Shown piece after piece: positions 25,943 through 39,225 of a DNA stretch of 64,000 bases; position 1 is the stretch's first letter; each line of letters opens with the position of its first letter. The position numbers and the translations under genes are program-made. The DNA comes from Octopus vulgaris (lineage: Eukaryota), in contig OX597835.1 in assembly GCA_951406725.2 (NCBI GenBank), forward strand, positions 34,968,001 to 35,032,000, written 5' to 3'. The notes under the pieces were generated by a model. The model made no database searches. It was given only the letters and a program-made list of their open reading frames with translations, and had not been told where the DNA came from.

Positions 25943-26496
25943 GTCAGGTCACTTTCGAGTGCTACTAGTAACATGTAACCCAGTACAACCTGTTGCATGG
26001 TCGTGTCGTCGGTGACTAAACCGGCAACCCCACCAAGCTTGCTTGGTGAGGAGGGTGTTTATTGGACACCCTGCGAGGTGAAAAACAAAACCCGTCAAAG
26101 GGCGGAGGAACTCTTGAGAATCAACGGCTATCCAATAAATGTCTTAAGGCTGTATCATGCGCGGGGACATAGAAATAATCGGACTGAATACCCGATCACG
26201 CGGTTAAACCATTGGGAGTGAAGGACTCCTAGCCTTTGTTAGGGCATCCTTCTAGGAGAAGGTAACTCAGGTAACTGGGATAACTCCGACATAAAATCTG
26301 CGGCGCAGTGGTTACCGATGATGTTGACTTATTCTTCTTTTCGGATCATGGCTGCTGTTGCTTAGTGAGCGGGATTGACTCAGTGCACAGCCTTTCCTCA
26401 CTTAAAAAAAAATCTTCTTGCACAGGCATTGCACGATAACAACATTGATTAAGCTTCGTGCAATGGCCATACTCGATAACGAGAAGGCAGCCACCA
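25943..26496 (+). mobile_element. Non-coding structured element resembling an RTE 5' UTR derivative, within (TATG)n
   Basis: gggcatccttctaggagaaggtaactc motif recalled from RTE UTRs, several hairpins, tatg repeats on both sides. Confidence 0.5.
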
Positions 26497-26575
26497 TGTA
26501 TGTATGTATGTATGTATGTATGTATGTATGTATGTATGTATGTATGTATGTATGTATGTATGTATCTATCTATCT

Positions 26576-26797
26576 GAGCTAGCAGAAACGTTAGCACGCC
26601 AGGCGAAATGCGTAGTCGTATTTCGTCTGTCGTTACGTTGTGAGTTCAAATTCCGCCGAGGTCGACTTTGCCTTTCATCCTTTCGGGGTCGATAAATTAA
26701 GTACCAGTTACGCACCGGGGTCGATATAATCGACTTAATCCGTTTGTCTGTCCTTGTTTGTCCCCTCTATGTTTAGCCCCTTGTGGGCAATAAAGAA

Positions 26798-26799
<2 letters not shown>
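26576..26799 (+). mobile_element. SINE family A embedded in (TATC)n
   Basis: tatctatctatct|gagctagcagaaacg...gtgggcaataaagaaa|tctatctatct. Confidence 0.92.
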
Positions 26800-26889
<90 letters not shown>

Positions 26890-26891
<2 letters not shown>

Positions 26892-27408
26892 TACTTGTTT
26901 CAGTCATTATCCTGCGGCCATGCTGGGGCACCACCTTGAAGAATTTTTTGTCGATTGAATCAACTCCAGTGCTTGTTCCTTTTTTAAGCATGACACTTAT
27001 TTAATCGGTGTCTTTTGCCGAACCGCTAGGCTACGGGGACGTAAACAAGCATGAGTTGTTAAGCAGTGGCAGGAGACAAACAGAGGAACACATACACATA
27101 CGCTCACACACGCACATACACACATATAGGTTGACACTCTAGTTAAATGTTAAGTATATATATATAAACCGGGAAGGTTTACGAAAATAAACAAAAGACG
27201 AAGGCAGGTGGAGTACAAACAAACAATGTATTAGTATGGCGCTCAGGAATAGAAATAGAACAAATCTTTTACGTTTCGAGCCTACGTTCTTCGATAGAAA
27301 GATATCCAAAGCAATGATGGAAGTGACAAAGTGACAAAGGCAACAACGCAACGGAAATATATAAATGTATAAATAAATAAATAAATAAATAAATGAATAA
27401 AAAAATTT

Positions 27409-27504
<96 letters not shown>

Positions 27505-27886
27505 ATATATATATAAATTTATAAAATAAATTAATAATTTAAAATTTTAACTTTAAATTTAAATAATTTAAATTTTAAATTTTGTATTTTATATATTTTG
27601 TATATTATATTAATTATTTTTATTTCTATGTTTTGGTTTATGTTTTTCACTGTTTGATTTGCCTAATAGTGGTTTTATCTCTAATTTAATTCATATACAC
27701 ATATATATATATACATATACACGACGGGCTTCTTTCAGTTTCCGTCTACCAAATCAACTCACAAAGCTTTGGTGGGCCCGAGGCTATAGTAGAAGCAATT
27801 AGCCCAAGGTGCCACGCAGTGGGACTGAACCCGGAACCATGTGGTTTGTAAGCAAGCTACTTACCACACAGCCACTCCTACGCCTA
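26890..27886 (-). mobile_element. SINE B fragments (26890-27090, 27722-27886)
   Basis: Tail piece and head piece matching SINE B. Confidence 0.75.
27160..27305 (-). mobile_element. Small (TA)n-associated repeat with variant hammerhead motif
   Basis: Homologous to 31190-31402 and 63485-63630. Confidence 0.75.
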
Positions 27887-27923
27887 TACCACACACCCAC
27901 ACTCACACACAGACATATATATA

Positions 27924-29144
27924 TCTTTATATATATATATAAAAGGCAGTTTGTCTGTGTGTCTGTCAGGTTATACGTAGAGAAAATTTTTAAAAGTTCC
28001 CCAAGTTCTGAAAAAAAATTGATAAATTCAACACGGGGTCGAGAATCTAAGCTTATCATATGCAACACATTTTCGTTGTAGTTTTCGCAACTTGCAATCG
28101 ATTTTCACCAAACTCATGGTGAAGTTTAATGTTACCCTAAGGAACTTAATTCTGACGTTAGCTTTCCATGCAATACCTTACCATCAGAAAAAATCGATAA
28201 AATCATGCCATTTTGGGAAATCGCATTAAAATTCAAGATGACATATTTTCGACAATATCTTCAACAAATTGGCAGGAATTTTTTTTGAAATTCACAGCGA
28301 GCATCATGTCTGCTCCAAGAAGCTATATGGCCCTTTTGATTCCAATAGGATACGTTATTACTGGAAAAATCAGTTAATTACATCATATGTGGAACACATA
28401 GCAAACCGATTTTTCTGCGATAATTTTTGAAAGTTCACATAGATTTTCCCTACACTGATGTTGGACATCAAGTTTGCATTAAATGTCAAACTAACGACCT
28501 TTTGCCAATGCAGTTAACAAGTATTGGGAGAAATCGACAAAACCATATCACTTTGAGACCGACCATGCGAACCCTACAAAACTGACTTTTGTTAAATAGT
28601 TCGTGGATTTCAGGCTATTTAGTCGATTTTTGCCGCTTCAGCTAGGAACGTCGTATACACAGAAGTATTGGAGTGAAGAGAAGACGTTGCAACCTACACA
28701 TGCGCCTTCGTTCCCTAGAGGGAAAGGACTAAATCGGGAATAGTCGTTGCCTACTAGAGGCTCCCGGGCCCCCTTTCGCTAGACTTAAGTTAGGGTTAGG
28801 TAGGGCTTAGCTGTGGTCCGAACCCAACTTGGGTTCGGGAGGGGTTGTGTCAAAAGGGCCGGCATGTGCAACCTTATCACCTCTGCCTGTCAAACTCCCA
28901 ACCCATGCGTTCCCGTCGTGACACTGATCCCGCAGAACTGGGTTGGGTGTGCTAAACAAAACCAGACTGTCATAGATTTTCTTCAAGCATGCAAGGGAAC
29001 CGTGCCTTGAATGCCTTAATGCCCTTTAGGCTTCATTTTACAAAATAACGGTTCAATGAGTACAAAATAGGGTAAAAAGGTAAAGGGCATTGCTTATCGA
29101 CAAAGTTTCTTACATACCCGGGCAACGCCGGGCTATGCTGCTAT
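27924..29144 (+). mobile_element. Non-autonomous Helitron-like element
   Basis: 5' TC-tttatatat..aaaa..gtctgtgtgtctgtc; 3' hairpin cccggGCAACGccggg (29117-29132) followed by a degenerate CTAG end (ctat). Confidence 0.65.
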
Positions 29145-29159
29145 ATATATATATATATG

Positions 29160-29345
29160 GATTTGTGTCTGTGTTTGTCCAGCCCTACTATCGCTTGACA
29201 ACCGATGTTGGTGCATTTACGTCTCCGTAACTTAGCGGTTCGACCAGAGAGACTGATAGAATAAATCCTGAGTTCGATTTGTTCGACTAAAGGCGGTGCT
29301 CCAGCATGGCTGCAATCAACTGATTGAAACAAGTAAAAGAAACAC
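29160..29345 (+). mobile_element. SINE B 3' half
   Basis: cgcttgacaaccgatg...ggcggtgctccagcatggc. Confidence 0.85.
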
Positions 29346-29364
29346 AAGAAATAAAAGAAATATA

Positions 29365-30288
29365 TATTGGGTCATCCCATAAATAATGCGGTTTTTTCAG
29401 TTGCATGAACCAAAAGTCGGGGGAGGACGGGGTGAACAACCTGCATCAACTTGCTATAAAAGCAGGTAGTAATTTTAGCTTGTGCTTATTCTTAGTGAAA
29501 GTTTTGAAGAGTGCAGTTCGATTTTAACAGTTATTTTTCCAAAGCAATAATGGAACTGACAAAGTGACATATTTTGCTTTATTAGTTCAAGAAATGCAAC
29601 AACGCAACGGAAAGTGAGAGGAGCCTTTTTTGGACAGAATAGTGATTGGTTACGAGAAACAGGTTCTCTATAAAAATGTCCAGCGCCGAAGACAGTTGGT
29701 AGAGAAAGGAGAAACACCGGCACCCCAGGCTAAAGAAGGTCTTCACCCACGTAAGGTGTTATCTGTTTGGTGGAATATGAAAGGTTTAGTCCACTTTGAA
29801 CTTTTAAACCAAAGCCAAACGATAACAAAGATTTACTGCAAGTAGCTTAAGCTTGGATTTAGTCAGTCAACCAGTCATTCAAGTCAGCGCTAGAAGGAAA
29901 AACGACTATCTTTGCTTTCAAGACGAAAGCTGTTTTTCCATCAGGATAAAATGCTCGGCCACATACAGCAAGGATGACATTCCAAAGGATGGAGCAGTTT
30001 GAATGGAAAACGATGTTACACTCACCATATTCGCTGGACATTGTCCCATCTGATTATCATTTATTCCGCTGTCTTCAAAATCATTTGGACGAGGTCAGAA
30101 CTGTAATGGAGGAGTATTTTTCATTACGGACATGTGAATTTTGGAAGAGAGGCTTTGCAAGTCTACTAGAAAGATGGAAGAGCATTGTAGCAAATGAAGG
30201 AGAGTATATTTTAGGTTAAAAAAGAACTTTATTTATCTTAATTCTGAAAAATAAAAGTATTAAAAACCGCATTATTTCTAACCCAATA
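29365..30288 (+). mobile_element. Internally deleted, decayed mariner
   Basis: TIRs tattgggtcatcccataaataatgcggtttt / aaaaccgcattatttctaacccaata; LHPRKVLSVWWN, HSPYSLDIVPSDYHLF, ERWKSIVANEGEY. Confidence 0.9.
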
Positions 30289-30524
30289 CATTTCTCATGC
30301 GCATGGGTACACATAGACACACAGTGCTGCGCGCGCACACTCACACACACGCACATACACATACACACACGTACACACACACATGAAGACACACGCACGC
30401 AGCTCCTTGCCTCCACAGAGAAATAGTTTTACTTTGCTTAGTTCCCAATTATATTAATATATGTATATATATATATATAAACAGAATTATCCAGCTCTTG
30501 TTTTATTATACTTTGATTAGTTCC

Positions 30525-30586
<62 letters not shown>

Positions 30587-30654
30587 AGCTTAGAGAAGAA
30601 GAAGAAACGAAACGAAACGAATCGAATCGACGCGAGAGCGCTCAGTCATACAAT

Positions 30655-31165
30655 AGTGTAATAAATAAAATATATGCATACATACAAACATATATGTACG
30701 TACCTACATCTACATGCATATATAAATATATATACGTGTGTACAGGACACCACAAATAGACGTAGAACTCAACGAGAAACGAAAAAGTAAAATCAGCATG
30801 GAACGGACCATTTTTTAACAACGAAAAAAACAGAGTACAAGACAGCTACACAAGGAAAAAACCCCTTCATCAGCTGTCCCTAGTTCAACTCCAGCGTGTT
30901 TCGAAGGTGAGGACAGAACACGTCTCGTCGAACTAGTCCTTCCTGCGAAAGAATTAAATAAAATTCCTTTGCAGAGGGGTAAAAACAAGGAAAAAAATGT
31001 GACAAAAACAGGACGTAAAAACAATACAATTAAAAATACAAAATAAAAATACAATTACAAAAAATACAGTACAAGAAGGAATAGAAACAGGACAGGAAAA
31101 CAAATAATGAGGGCCTATAAGCTAGACGAGGAAAAAATTTTCACGAGCGCAGGAAGAAACATGTT
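30655..31165 (-). mobile_element. AT-rich non-coding repeat homologous to 61961-62959
   Basis: Shared catatatgtacgtaccta, gtgtacaggacacca, aaccccttc, gtttcgaagg, gcagaggggtaaaaa blocks. Confidence 0.75.
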
Positions 31166-31189
31166 TACTTGATATATATATGTATATAT

Positions 31190-31506
<317 letters not shown>

Positions 31507-31519
31507 AATGTAAAAAAAT

Positions 31520-31946
31520 ATAAACTGGGACAAGAACGTGAAACATTTAGAAGAAGATACAAAAAACACGGACGGGACATTCGAAGCCTTCAATCTCCAG
31601 TCAAGAACTGGATCATCTTCGCAGTTTCGGCTGATTAATCTTGAGATTGCTCCGATCTGGCCAGCCCCAAAAGAAAATCTAAGCCAAGCGCATTAGATTC
31701 CTTGGAAGAAAGCCTCGAATGTATACAAAACAAGGACGGAACAACGGACGATGTTACACGAATAAAAATACAAAAATACGTAAAAACAATAATGATAATA
31801 ATAATAACAAAAACAGGACGTCACAGACAGGCGTCTTTTCGACAGGACGAGTAAATTTTTGAGCTGGCGTTAGAAGAAAGCCTTAGGGCTACAGAGAGAC
31901 AAAAAAGTGTGTCTTGCCGCAACGGCTGCTGGACACGAAAGGACAG

Positions 31947-31950
<4 letters not shown>
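31520..31950 (-). mobile_element. Non-coding repeat homologous to 13445-13660
   Basis: Shared gggacaagaacg and gagattgctcc.atctgg.cagcccca blocks. Confidence 0.7.
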
Positions 31951-31977
<27 letters not shown>

Positions 31978-32340
31978 CTAAACAGAATTATCCAGCTCTT
32001 GTGTTATTATCTTCCCTCCATGGGGTTCCAGTTGTCCGGTTTACTGGTCGGCCTCGTTGTTTTGTCACCCTTTTGTTATTTTCGCAATCGAAACGACATG
32101 TTAACGTCTTAGTATCTTCGTTAAATTGCTTGACAATAGTGACATCGCAACGAGATACTGAAGTGGATGGCTATTTCTAACATATAATTTCAGGTTAACT
32201 CGGAACAGTGACAAGATAGGTCTGTGCTTTTTTTCTTCCATTTGAAAAACTATTTTTTTTTATCAAGAGATCTCTTTGATTCCTATTTTATAAAGGTGGG
32301 TCTTCTTAACCATTCCATGTTAAATAAATTGTGTTATAAA

Positions 32341-32697
32341 AGCGACGAACTGGCAGAAACGTTAGCACGCCGGGCGAAATGGTTAGCAGTATTTCGTCTG
32401 CCGCTACGTTCTGAGTTCCAATTCCGCCGAGGTCAACTTTGCCTTTCATCCTTTTGGGGTCGATTAAATAAGTACCAGTTACGCACTGGGGTCGATATAA
32501 TCGACTTAATCCGTTTGTCTGTCCTTGTTTGTCCTCTCTGTGTTTAGCCCCTTGCATAACTGGTACTTATTTAATCGACCCCGAAAGACTGGAAGGCAAT
32601 GTCGACCTCGGCGGAGTTTGAACTCAGAACGTAGCAGCAAACGAAATACTGGTGAGCATTTCGCCCGGCGTGCTAACGTTTCTGCCAGCTCGCCCCC
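32341..32697. mobile_element. Tail-to-tail inverted SINE A pair
   Basis: Plus copy 32341-32554 directly followed by minus copy 32554-32697. Confidence 0.9.
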
Positions 32698-33155
32698 TTG
32701 CATATATGCTATTACCATCACCACCATCACCATCACCATCACCATCACCATCATCATTATCATCATCATCATCATAATCACCGCTACTACCATCATCAAC
32801 AGCTACTATCTTAGGCTACCGAACGTGTCATGTGAGTCCCGTATGCTCAAAAGCTCATTACACACACACACACACGAGGAATGGACAGAAATTCCAAAAT
32901 ACAACCGAAAACTCACACATTTTCAGCCTTCCTCCTCTTCCACCTTTTCGTCGTCGTCGTCGTCCTCCTTCTTCTCATCTTCTTCCTTGTTCTCCTCCTC
33001 CTCCTTCCTCTTCTCCTCCTTATTCTCCTTCTTCTCCACCCCCTCCTTCTCCAGGACAGACAGTAGTGCAAGAGATAATGGTGGTGGTAGTGATGGAGGT
33101 GATCTACAAAAATTGGCGGATGCATCAAAAAGTGCGTGTATATGCGTGTGTTTGT

Positions 33156-33192
<37 letters not shown>

Positions 33193-33251
33193 GGCGTATA
33201 TGATCCTCTTTGTGTATGTGTATGCATATGTGTGTATGTGTACGTGTGTGA

Positions 33252-33301
<50 letters not shown>

Positions 33302-33767
33302 ATTTGTGTGTGTATGCACATCTCTGTGTGTGTTCCTCTGTATGTGTATCCCTGTGTGTGACTGAGTACGGGTAGGCAGGCCAAACAATAATTTTGTTTT
33401 TTTCTCGGGTAATTTCACCCGTCTGATGAGATAGGCGTTGACAGTGGGTTTTTAATCACTGACGCCAGGCGCCTAGAGTCACTATTATAACGCCGATACC
33501 TCACCCGTCCAGCACCCAATCCTTATCCATCCAGCCTCCCACACATCCATCCATCTATCCATCCATCCATCCACCCACACATCCATCCATCCATCTATCC
33601 ATCCATCATTCATCCACCCGACTAGTCGATCGCTGCAGCATCGCCTGTTGTTTGACGTGGAAAGATTCTTTCTTTCTTTGTATATGTGTGTGTGTATATA
33701 TATATATAAATATATATACCTATACATTCCTGCAAACACACATACATACATACATATACATACACAT

Positions 33768-33843
<76 letters not shown>

Positions 33844-34699
33844 ACCCTTTGGGGTTAGCCATATTTAAATGGCAAATATACGTCACGATGTATAGATATA
33901 TATATATTTATATATACATACACATACACGTAAAGGTGAATAAACTGTCGTCTAAATTACGCAAAAGTAAAAATAACACTGACATCTCAATTTAACAGAT
34001 ATATTTACCAAAATTACATAAATATATCTTAGGCCAGTTACTGCAGTATTTGTCCTGAGATAACATCCTTTATGGACGTACGGTGTTAAAAACACAATAA
34101 ATATCGGAGAGAGACGAAAATTCATTCCAGCAGTGGCTAGCATATGCACAATTGTTGCCACAAGTTTGGAACATAGGTCTGAAAAATGGAATTTTTATAT
34201 TAAATGTTCAAATATATACGTTGTATATATTTGAATCAAATTGTATTTGGACATAATTATAATTTTTAAAAACATGTCCCAAAGGCCACGGCTATATCTG
34301 GTTAGCAAATGCCAGATACATTTCGGCCTTTTTGTGCCTTTTGAATGGTGCGTAGTTACTGCAGTAACTGGACAGTGGGTATACATTTAATATGATATAT
34401 AAATGGCTATTGAGCAAAAAACTTAATTTCACATCTCCCCAGTCCACTCAGCTGTCAATGAATTAATCCTGCGATGGACTGGTGTCTCCTTTAGCGACAA
34501 GTGTTGTGATCTTGGTTAGTTATGTGCCGTGGAAACCGGGAACCGGGAAACCAATCTCCTATGAGTCCTGGTCTCGAGACAATGATGTTCAGGAGTTGTT
34601 AACGATGATGATGATATACAAATTCAGTCTTTGAATATACACTCACTGAATCAATATACATGCACCATTTCTTCGTGTTCTTGCCATATTATTATTACC

Positions 34700-34928
34700 T
34701 ATTTCTTTACTACCCACAAGAGGCTAAACACAGACAGGACAAACAAGGACAGACAAACGGATTAAGTCGATTATATCAACCCCAGTGCGTAACTGGTACT
34801 TATTCAATCGACCCCGAAAGGATGAAAGGCAAAGTCGACCTCGGCGGAATTTGAACTCAGAACGTAGCGGCAGACGAAATACTGCTAACCATTTCGCCCG
34901 GCGTGCTAACGTTTCTGCCAGCTCGCCG
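34700..34928 (-). mobile_element. SINE family A with TSD
   Basis: ccatattattattacc on both sides. Confidence 0.92.
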
Positions 34929-35241
34929 CCATATTATTATTACCGTCCACACACACGCACAGAGCAAATGGGGCTCCGTTGCTTAGAGAAGTGAATATTC
35001 TAGTTGTTCTATCATCTAACTTGCTTATTCATTAAATGATAATTGAGTATTCCACTGGTACGTGTACCCTTAATGTAATTGCTTCGCAGAATAATTACCA
35101 ATAATTATAGAGATTATAAGATTGAACCTCTTTAATCACTGGTAAAATTCATCCGATGGGCTTAAAACCTGCTCCCATTTAATCAACCTCAACCAGAAGG
35201 CTCGAAAAAATTTCAGGGCTTTGTAAAATATACTTTCCCAA

Positions 35242-35628
35242 TAGGCGCAGGAGTGACTGTGTGGTAAGTAGCTTGCTAACCAACCACATGGTTCCGGGTT
35301 CAGTCCCACTGTGTGGCATCTTGGGGAAGTGTCTTCTGCTATAGCCCCGGGCCGACCAATGCCTTGTGAGTGGATTTGGTAGACGGAAACTGAAAGAAGC
35401 CTGTCGTATGTATGTATATATATGTATATGTATGTGTTTGTGTGTCTGTGTTTGTCCCCCTAGCATTGCTTGACAACCGATGCTGGTGTGTTTACGTCCC
35501 CGTTACTTAGCGGTTCGGCAAAAGAGACCGATAGAATAAGTACTGGGCTTACAAAGAATAAGTCGATTTGCTCGACTAAAGGCGGTGCTCCAGCATGGCC
35601 GCAGTCATGTAAAAGAGAGTAAAGAGAG
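35242..35628 (+). mobile_element. SINE family B
   Basis: Head through tail. Confidence 0.9.
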
Positions 35629-35901
35629 TAATAATACCACTTGCTGAGATCGAAACCAAAACCGAAACCGAAACCATACCACTGCAAGAACGAACTTCTT
35701 AAGCACTCGGCCATGCATCTGATCCACCACACACCCGTGTACACCATACCATCACATTGAACACCAGGGATTTTGTTCCATCATTGAACAACCCACACTC
35801 ACCCCTCCCCATCACTGTTTCACCTGTCTCTGTTCACATTGAACAAACATCAATGCTATCTTATATATCCTGCCAAAATGTCAAACTCCTAACAAAATAC
35901 A

Positions 35902-35944
<43 letters not shown>

Positions 35945-36402
35945 CGTCGACCCGTTATACATATTCAGTTACATAAACATAAACATATATACATAAACGT
36001 ATTCGATGTTACACACAAATACAAACGCAAACACGCATGCGCGTTTACATACACACGCGTGAATATCTCTTACAAGATGTATCAATATATATCAATATAA
36101 ATATACATTTGTATACACACACATGCACATATGTGTGTGTGTGTCTCTCTCTCTATATATATATATATGTATATATATGTATGCATGTATATATATGTAT
36201 GCATGCATGTATGTACATATATATATATGTACATATTAATGCATAGACACATACACACACACATTTGTATATGAACATATACGTACATTCACACATACAT
36301 ATATACACATATCAATGCAGTCACACACACGGATACCGCTACAAACATATACATAAATGTATGTTTGTATATGACGATGATGATAATGATGATGATGATG
36401 GA

Positions 36403-36516
<114 letters not shown>

Positions 36517-36526
36517 ACGCGCACGT

Positions 36527-36557
<31 letters not shown>

Positions 36558-36699
36558 AATACTAACATGTAGATGAGTATATTTCTCCCCCAGCCTCCTG
36601 TCAAATCCCCAAATACATCATTGACTGTTACTGGAGCACTGTATGCATGGCAAGCAGGAAGGTAGAGGTGCTTGTTGCTCGTATCATATATATATTTAT

Positions 36700-36730
<31 letters not shown>

Positions 36731-36922
36731 TTTACATATATGCACTCTCATGCACATATGTATATATGTATGCACACATTCATACACAGATATGAATGTA
36801 TATGTATAAATATATGTTGTAAACATATATATATGCATTTATGTACATATATGCATATATATCCATATATATATATATATGAATTTATGTACATATATAT
36901 ACATATACGTGCATATATATAC

Positions 36923-36996
<74 letters not shown>

Positions 36997-37050
36997 TTAC
37001 ACATAAACACTGTCATGCACATATGTACATATATATACATATACGTGTAC

Positions 37051-37101
<51 letters not shown>

Positions 37102-37399
37102 TGTATACGTATATACATATATATATTTATAAACATATATTTCCTCACACATATGTCTGCAGGTTTGTATGTTTTCGCGCGCCTGCATGTGTGAATGTAT
37201 GTGTGTGTATGTGTGTGCATGTGTGATCGTGTGTGTGTGCGTGCGAGTATTTGTGTATGTGTGTGTATGTGCAACTATATACATTATACATACATGCATT
37301 TACATATATTTGTATTTGCTTTGGTTGTCGATGTTGTTGTCAAACAGTCTCTAAACACGTTCTGTTGACGTGTTCGAAACCATTAGAGAGGTAGTGGGA

Positions 37400-37492
37400 A
37401 GGAAGGGCGGCGGGGCGGGGGCGGAGGAGAGGCCTTGGCGGCGAGGAATGGTGTGCCGATGATTTAGTTAGATCGATACGTCACGTGGGAGT
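37400..37492. promoter_or_regulatory. GC-box cluster and E-box-like site
   Basis: gggcggcggggcgggggcgg and gtcacgtg in a locally CpG-rich, non-transposon island. Confidence 0.25.
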
Positions 37493-37884
37493 GGTGGCGG
37501 TGATGGGTAGAGGCGTTGGTGTTGTTTTTTGTTTTGATGTGGTTAGAGTTGGTTCACGCGGAGGTCGTGTGCTGGCGTGTGTCTGTGCGTGAATTTGATT
37601 TGTGAGTGTGTGTGTACGCGGGTGAAACTAACAGTAGGTGTGCGTTTACCTGTCTTAAAAGATGTGCAAGTAGCTACTTGAGCAGCTCCTTGGATTTTGT
37701 TCTAAAGGCGGCAGCAACGACGGTGGTGTTGATGGAGGTGATGGTGGTGGTGGTGGTGGTAGTGGTGGTGGTTGAATGAGTAGTAGTGACAGTAGTGGCG
37801 GCAGCGGTGGCGGTGGTGGGGAACTGAGTTATTGTGACAATAGTGGTGGTGGTAGTGGTAACGATGGTGGTGTTAGTATTTATG

Positions 37885-38113
37885 TTTCTTTATTACCCAC
37901 AAGGGGCTAAACATAGAGGGGACAAACAAGGACAGACAAAGGGATTAAGTCGATTACATCGACCCCAGTGCGTAACTGGTACTTTATTTATCGACCCCGA
38001 AAGGATGAAAGGCAAAGTCGACCTCAGCGGATTTTGAACTCAGAACGTAACGGCAGACGAAATACTGCTAAGCATTTCACCCGGCGCGGTAACGCGTCTG
38101 CCAGCTTGCCACC
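37885..38113 (-). mobile_element. SINE family A with TSD
   Basis: tgttagtatttatg on both sides. Confidence 0.9.
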
Positions 38114-38494
38114 TTATGTTAGTATTTATGGTGATATAGCAGTGGCGAGGAAGGCAGTAAGTTTGCAAAAATCGGTAGCATGTCGGACAAAACGTTAAAC
38201 GGTTTTTTCTTCCGGCTCTTTTTTACCTTCCCAGTTCAAATCGCACCGAGGTCAACTTTGCCTTTCATCTCTACAAGATCGATAAAATATATAGTGCCAA
38301 ATCAAGTACTGAAGTCGATGGAATCAACTTGTTCCTCGCCTCCGCCCTCAGAAATTGCTATTCTTGAACTCTGAAACGGACTGGCGTCCGTTTAGGGTGT
38401 GATATGGTTCACTGGCACATCTTGGACTCGGGTAGAAAAAAAGAAAAAGGAAAAAAGAGTAGTGATAGTTGAAAAAGCGGTGGCAAATACTCTA

Positions 38495-38679
38495 TTTACT
38501 CTTTACTCTTTTACTTGTTTCAGTCATTTGACTGTGGCCATGCTGGAGCACCGCCTTTAGTCGAGCACATCGACTACAGGACTTATTCTCTGTAAGCCTA
38601 GTACGTAATCTATCGGGGACGTAAACACACCAGCATCGGTTGTCGAGCGATGTTAGGGGGACAAACACAAACACGCAAA

Positions 38680-38743
<64 letters not shown>

Positions 38744-38900
38744 CATATATATGATGGGCTTCTCTCAGTTTTCCGTCTACCAAATCCACTCACAAGGCTT
38801 TGGTCGGCCCGAGGCTATAGTAGAAGACACTTACTCAAGGTGCCACGCAGTGGGACTGAAACCGGAACTATGTGGTTGGTAAGCAAGCTACTTACCACAC
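38495..38900 (-). mobile_element. SINE family B
   Basis: Tail through head. Confidence 0.9.
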
Positions 38901-39162
38901 CAACGCCTAAATGTTTAAAGTTTATTATTATTATTATTATTATTGTGGTGTTAATATTACTTTTGGTTGTGGTGATGACCAATGTGATGGCTTCGCAATG
39001 AAACATTAAAATGAAAAGCTTGAAGGAAGATCAAATATTCGTTGAACTATCTGAAGTTGCTGTTCAGTTACAGACCGCCCGAAACGAAACTTCAGGCTTC
39101 ATGGAGCCGGGTCAAACTGTAACTAAATAATACACACACACACACACCTACCTCTTTCTCGA

Positions 39163-39224
<62 letters not shown>

Positions 39225-39225
<1 letters not shown>

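Noticed and set aside
28857-28895. GGCCGGCATG matches the start of the HDV genomic ribozyme
   Set aside because: P3, L3 and P1.1 elements are absent; likely coincidence
33055-33131. Plus-strand exon candidate (TDSSARDNGGGSDGGDLQKLADASK)
   Set aside because: Acceptor tract is simple repeat, donor runs into (GT)n, no partner exons and opposite strand to the other candidates
33422-33440. CTGATGAG hammerhead-like word
   Set aside because: No stem II or GAAA partner nearby
34032-34372. ccagttactgcagta inverted pair, possible MITE
   Set aside because: Short, self-palindromic and no clear TSD
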